DNA of 64,000 nucleotides from Podarcis filfolensis (lineage: Eukaryota). The position numbers were made by a program, and so were the translations under genes. Shown here in pieces: positions 61,193 to 64,000 of the stretch (position 1 is the stretch's first letter; each line of letters starts with the position of its first letter). Location of the stretch: the NCBI GenBank assembly GCA_964270895.1, contig OZ185435.1, one strand, 5' to 3'. The notes below the pieces were generated by a model. The model made no database searches. It saw only the letters and a list, made by a program, of their open reading frames with translations, and was not told the origin of the DNA.

Positions 61193-61875
61193 GGCTGCAA
61201 TCCCATATGTCCTTACCTAGCAGAAAGCCGCATCAAATTCGCTGAGGTTTACTTCCGAGGGTAAGGATTGCATAATTAATACTATTTAAGAAGCGATCCT
61301 ATAATGTTTCTTGGGAGCAATTTTGAATTGAAATCAGCAAGTCTTACTTTTAAATAAGCACATACCAAGTTAGTCTGTTATGGTATTATTACAGGACACT
61401 CTAAAGGCAAAGCACAATGGCACTGAGTTGGTTGCCATATTTCAAAAAGTGAAAATCTGGGCTTTCGACTGCAGTATTCCGCCTATGTTTTATGGTGGAA
61501 AGTCTGTCTACAAAACTGATTTAGTTTTTTTTAATGCTACCATTTGCTTTTAAATGAAAGAACTAGATGGCCTTATTATTCTGTCCGTTCAAAATTTGAA
61601 ACAACCCTTTCTCAGTGTGATCTGTATGTCCATGACATCAGCATAAGTGGCTATTGCTAGTTGGGTTTAACTGAAGAACCTCTCTGTGAAGTAAGCTCCA
61701 TTGAGATGAAGAGACCTTGCTTCCAATAAATGTGTCTATGGTCAAGGTGTCAGTGCCATAAAAACTAAAGGGACAAGCTAGGGAGACTCATGCCATTATC
61801 TTATACATGCTTACCTGAGAATAAGCCTTATTTTACTTAATGGGACCTACCTTTAGGTATGCATGGGACTGTGCT
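61193..61875. mobile_element. Cluster of degraded palindromic Harbinger-type MITEs
   Basis: Several units such as ggctgcaatcccat...cttacc...aggattgc and cttatacatgcttacctgagaataagcc...atgggacctacc. Confidence 0.5.
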
Positions 61876-62099
61876 GTAAAAATACTTTCACAAAAACTAT
61901 ATGCTTGTCAGAATATTAGGTAGCTCTGGGACTTGGCAGTGAGGCTTGGACTGGGGTCTCTGCTTGGAGCCAGTTCAGTGATGCTAGTCTTGGGCAGAAA
62001 TTTGTTTTCATGCCTACCTAATTCTTCCTGATCTGAAGACATAAAGAAGAGCTTTGGGGCTGAATTATGCTTTGAAAACCCATGCCCCCTATTCTCCAA

Positions 62100-62340
62100 A
62101 CATGGAGGGAGGATGGAAAATCATGATCATCGTAACATTATTAAGTTGTGCACAGTTAAACTATGAAACTCATTCTCAGTGGAGGCAGTGATGACCACCA
62201 TCTTAGATAGCTTTAAAAGTGGATTAGACGAATCCACAGAGGAGTCGGCCTAGCTATGTTCTGCTTCCACATTTGGAAGCAGAAATGCTTCTGAATTCTA
62301 GTTGCTGGAAACCACAAGAGGCTGAACCCTGTCATTCCTG
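62100..62340 (+). mobile_element. CR1-type LINE 3' fragment
   Basis: gttaaactatgaaactcatt...gtgatgaccacca...gctttaaaagtggattagac...aatgcttctgaattctagttgctggaaacc. Confidence 0.6.
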
Positions 62341-63395
62341 TTGGCTCTGGGATTCAGCCAACTGAGACCGGATTCAAAATTAAGCCCAGAGGCTAATGAG
62401 GAATCTTATTAATTTAAGAAAAAGTTGTGAAGTATCCAGAGGGGGAGAGATGTTTGTGGCCTGTGTGAGCCAGAGCTTTTGGTGATTCTTGTGGCCAGAA
62501 CTGAAGGGATGTGGGGTGGGTTTATTATTGTCCCAGGCTTTTGAACTCGGTATTTCTCTCTCTAAAAAAACGTCAGAGCGGGCCTCTATTTCTGCGTCTC
62601 GGCTGTAAGGATTTATTAATGCCTTTACAGATTTCAATCTGCCAGCCGTGGATACATATGAAAGATTTTCTCAAGGCAGTTATGAGACTCTAATGGGTTA
62701 AATTAACCAGGCAGTATAAATGTAAGCTGAACATATGGTCCAGGCCCTTGGAGGGTTTTGGAGAAATGTCTGGTAAAACAAGTAAAGCAGATCCTTGGAG
62801 AACACAGTGTCAGTGTGAAAATGCCCCCTCCCCTCCCCACTTGTTTTTTTTTTTTAACCACCAAAAAAAGATCAGGTTGTCCACCATAATTTCACCTGTC
62901 TGCCTGTTCACAATGATACAGGAAGATAAATTCTGCTTAATAGAGACAAAGAGGAGCAGAAGTGCAAAGCCTACTGGGGATACTGGCATGAGACAGAGGA
63001 AGGTGAGAAACCTTGCACAGCTCTCTAACTCAAATGGAAACAAAAGAAAATGTGAGGTGAAGCAAAAGGGGGAGAGAAACAGTTTCCATGAGCATCCTTT
63101 TTTCCTTCTCTTTGTCCTTAATTGTAACACTTCAGACCTAATGAGTTCAGTAAATGAGATATATTGAGTTCCTTAAATGAAATGCCCCACCACTGTAAGA
63201 CTTGTCAGACTGAAATCCTTTCTGGGAGTTTTCTACTTTTAAAAAAAATTAGCCAAGGAAGCAGGTCATTTTTTTAATGCTACTTGGAAAGAAGGAATCG
63301 TGAAATGCAAGTATATGTTTAGAAAAGCAAGGAGTTCCAAAGCTTTAGGAAGGCTCAGGTGGCCTGCTGAAATCCTAACCCCACTTACCTGGGAG

Positions 63396-63790
63396 TAGGG
63401 ATGAGAGAAAAATTTGATTCATTTCTAATTTACAGCAGAATTTGTCAAATTTCAGAAACAATATGGGAACCAAAACACAACCGTGCTTTGAGATTTGCAC
63501 ATATCCAACATTTAAGATGCTGTAAACCAAAGAATGTTTACAAAAATGCATATATTAGGGGAAAATGTGCAGAACAATTAATACATTAGTGAAAATAACA
63601 TACAGAAACACATTATATTCAGAGAAATTGCTTGCAAAAAAATACGTACAATAGTCAAAACTGCATACAAAAATCTGTTTACTAGGAGAAATTCACACTA
63701 GCATTCTAGAGAATTTTCATGAAGATTCTTTTTTAAACAAAAATCACAAAATGCTGCAAGCTTATGTGGTTAGATTATATCTGATATTTC
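63396..63790. mobile_element. Non-autonomous DNA transposon starting TAGGGATG (hAT-like), right end not found
   Basis: AT-rich internally repetitive body (aaaaatgcatatattagg, aaaactgcatacaaaaat, gaattttcatgaag) shared with 3770-3954; abuts half of a Harbinger-type MITE. Confidence 0.55.
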
Positions 63791-64000
63791 TTCAGCATTT
63801 ATTCTTATATGTTTGCAGGGAGGTTATATAAGCATTTATCCTGCCTGTGGGTAGATTTGTTGTTGCCAGGTGGTTGTTTTTTCAGTTACAAGAACCTATT
63901 GCTGAAGGACCAAGTGTATTGCAGCAGAAGTGTGCCAGTTAATTAGCTAATTACAAACATGGGTGGGGGGAACTATGCTTTTATACTAGAGTATAACATG

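Noticed and set aside
34500-64000. SLC17A6 or another gene downstream of FANCF
   Set aside because: No recognisable exon; the listed ORFs are short, low-complexity or repeat-derived
1-64000. CRISPR arrays, prophage or other prokaryotic systems
   Set aside because: Vertebrate genomic DNA; recurring short palindromes are dispersed MITEs, not regularly spaced repeats

Overview
Eukaryotic genomic DNA from a squamate reptile, probably a lacertid-type lizard (inferred from Sauria SINEs and BovB-, L1-, L2- and CR1-type repeats). The only protein-coding host gene I can support is intronless FANCF (33388-34410, +), in its own CpG island. A separate twin CpG island at about 10.0-12.5 kb looks like a promoter. 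By conserved amniote synteny it is probably the GAS2 5' end on the minus strand, but I found no GAS2 coding exon here. The rest is intronic/intergenic DNA dense in transposon remnants, many with target-site duplications (TSDs) readable in the sequence. The most notable items are: (1) a Penelope/retrozyme-type 129-nt unit carrying a minimal, dimer-type hammerhead ribozyme with an intact core (48168-48205, -); (2) a 5'-complete 2.1-kb L1 derivative that keeps an ORF1-like ORF but has lost nearly all of ORF2 (HAL1-like); (3) a 289-bp element made only of the two ends of BovB, resembling ruminant Bov-A; (4) a young L1 insertion with a perfect 19-bp TSD; (5) a solo LTR with a 5-bp TSD. Repeat family names come from my recall of consensus sequences, not a database search. 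Boundaries without a TSD are approximate.
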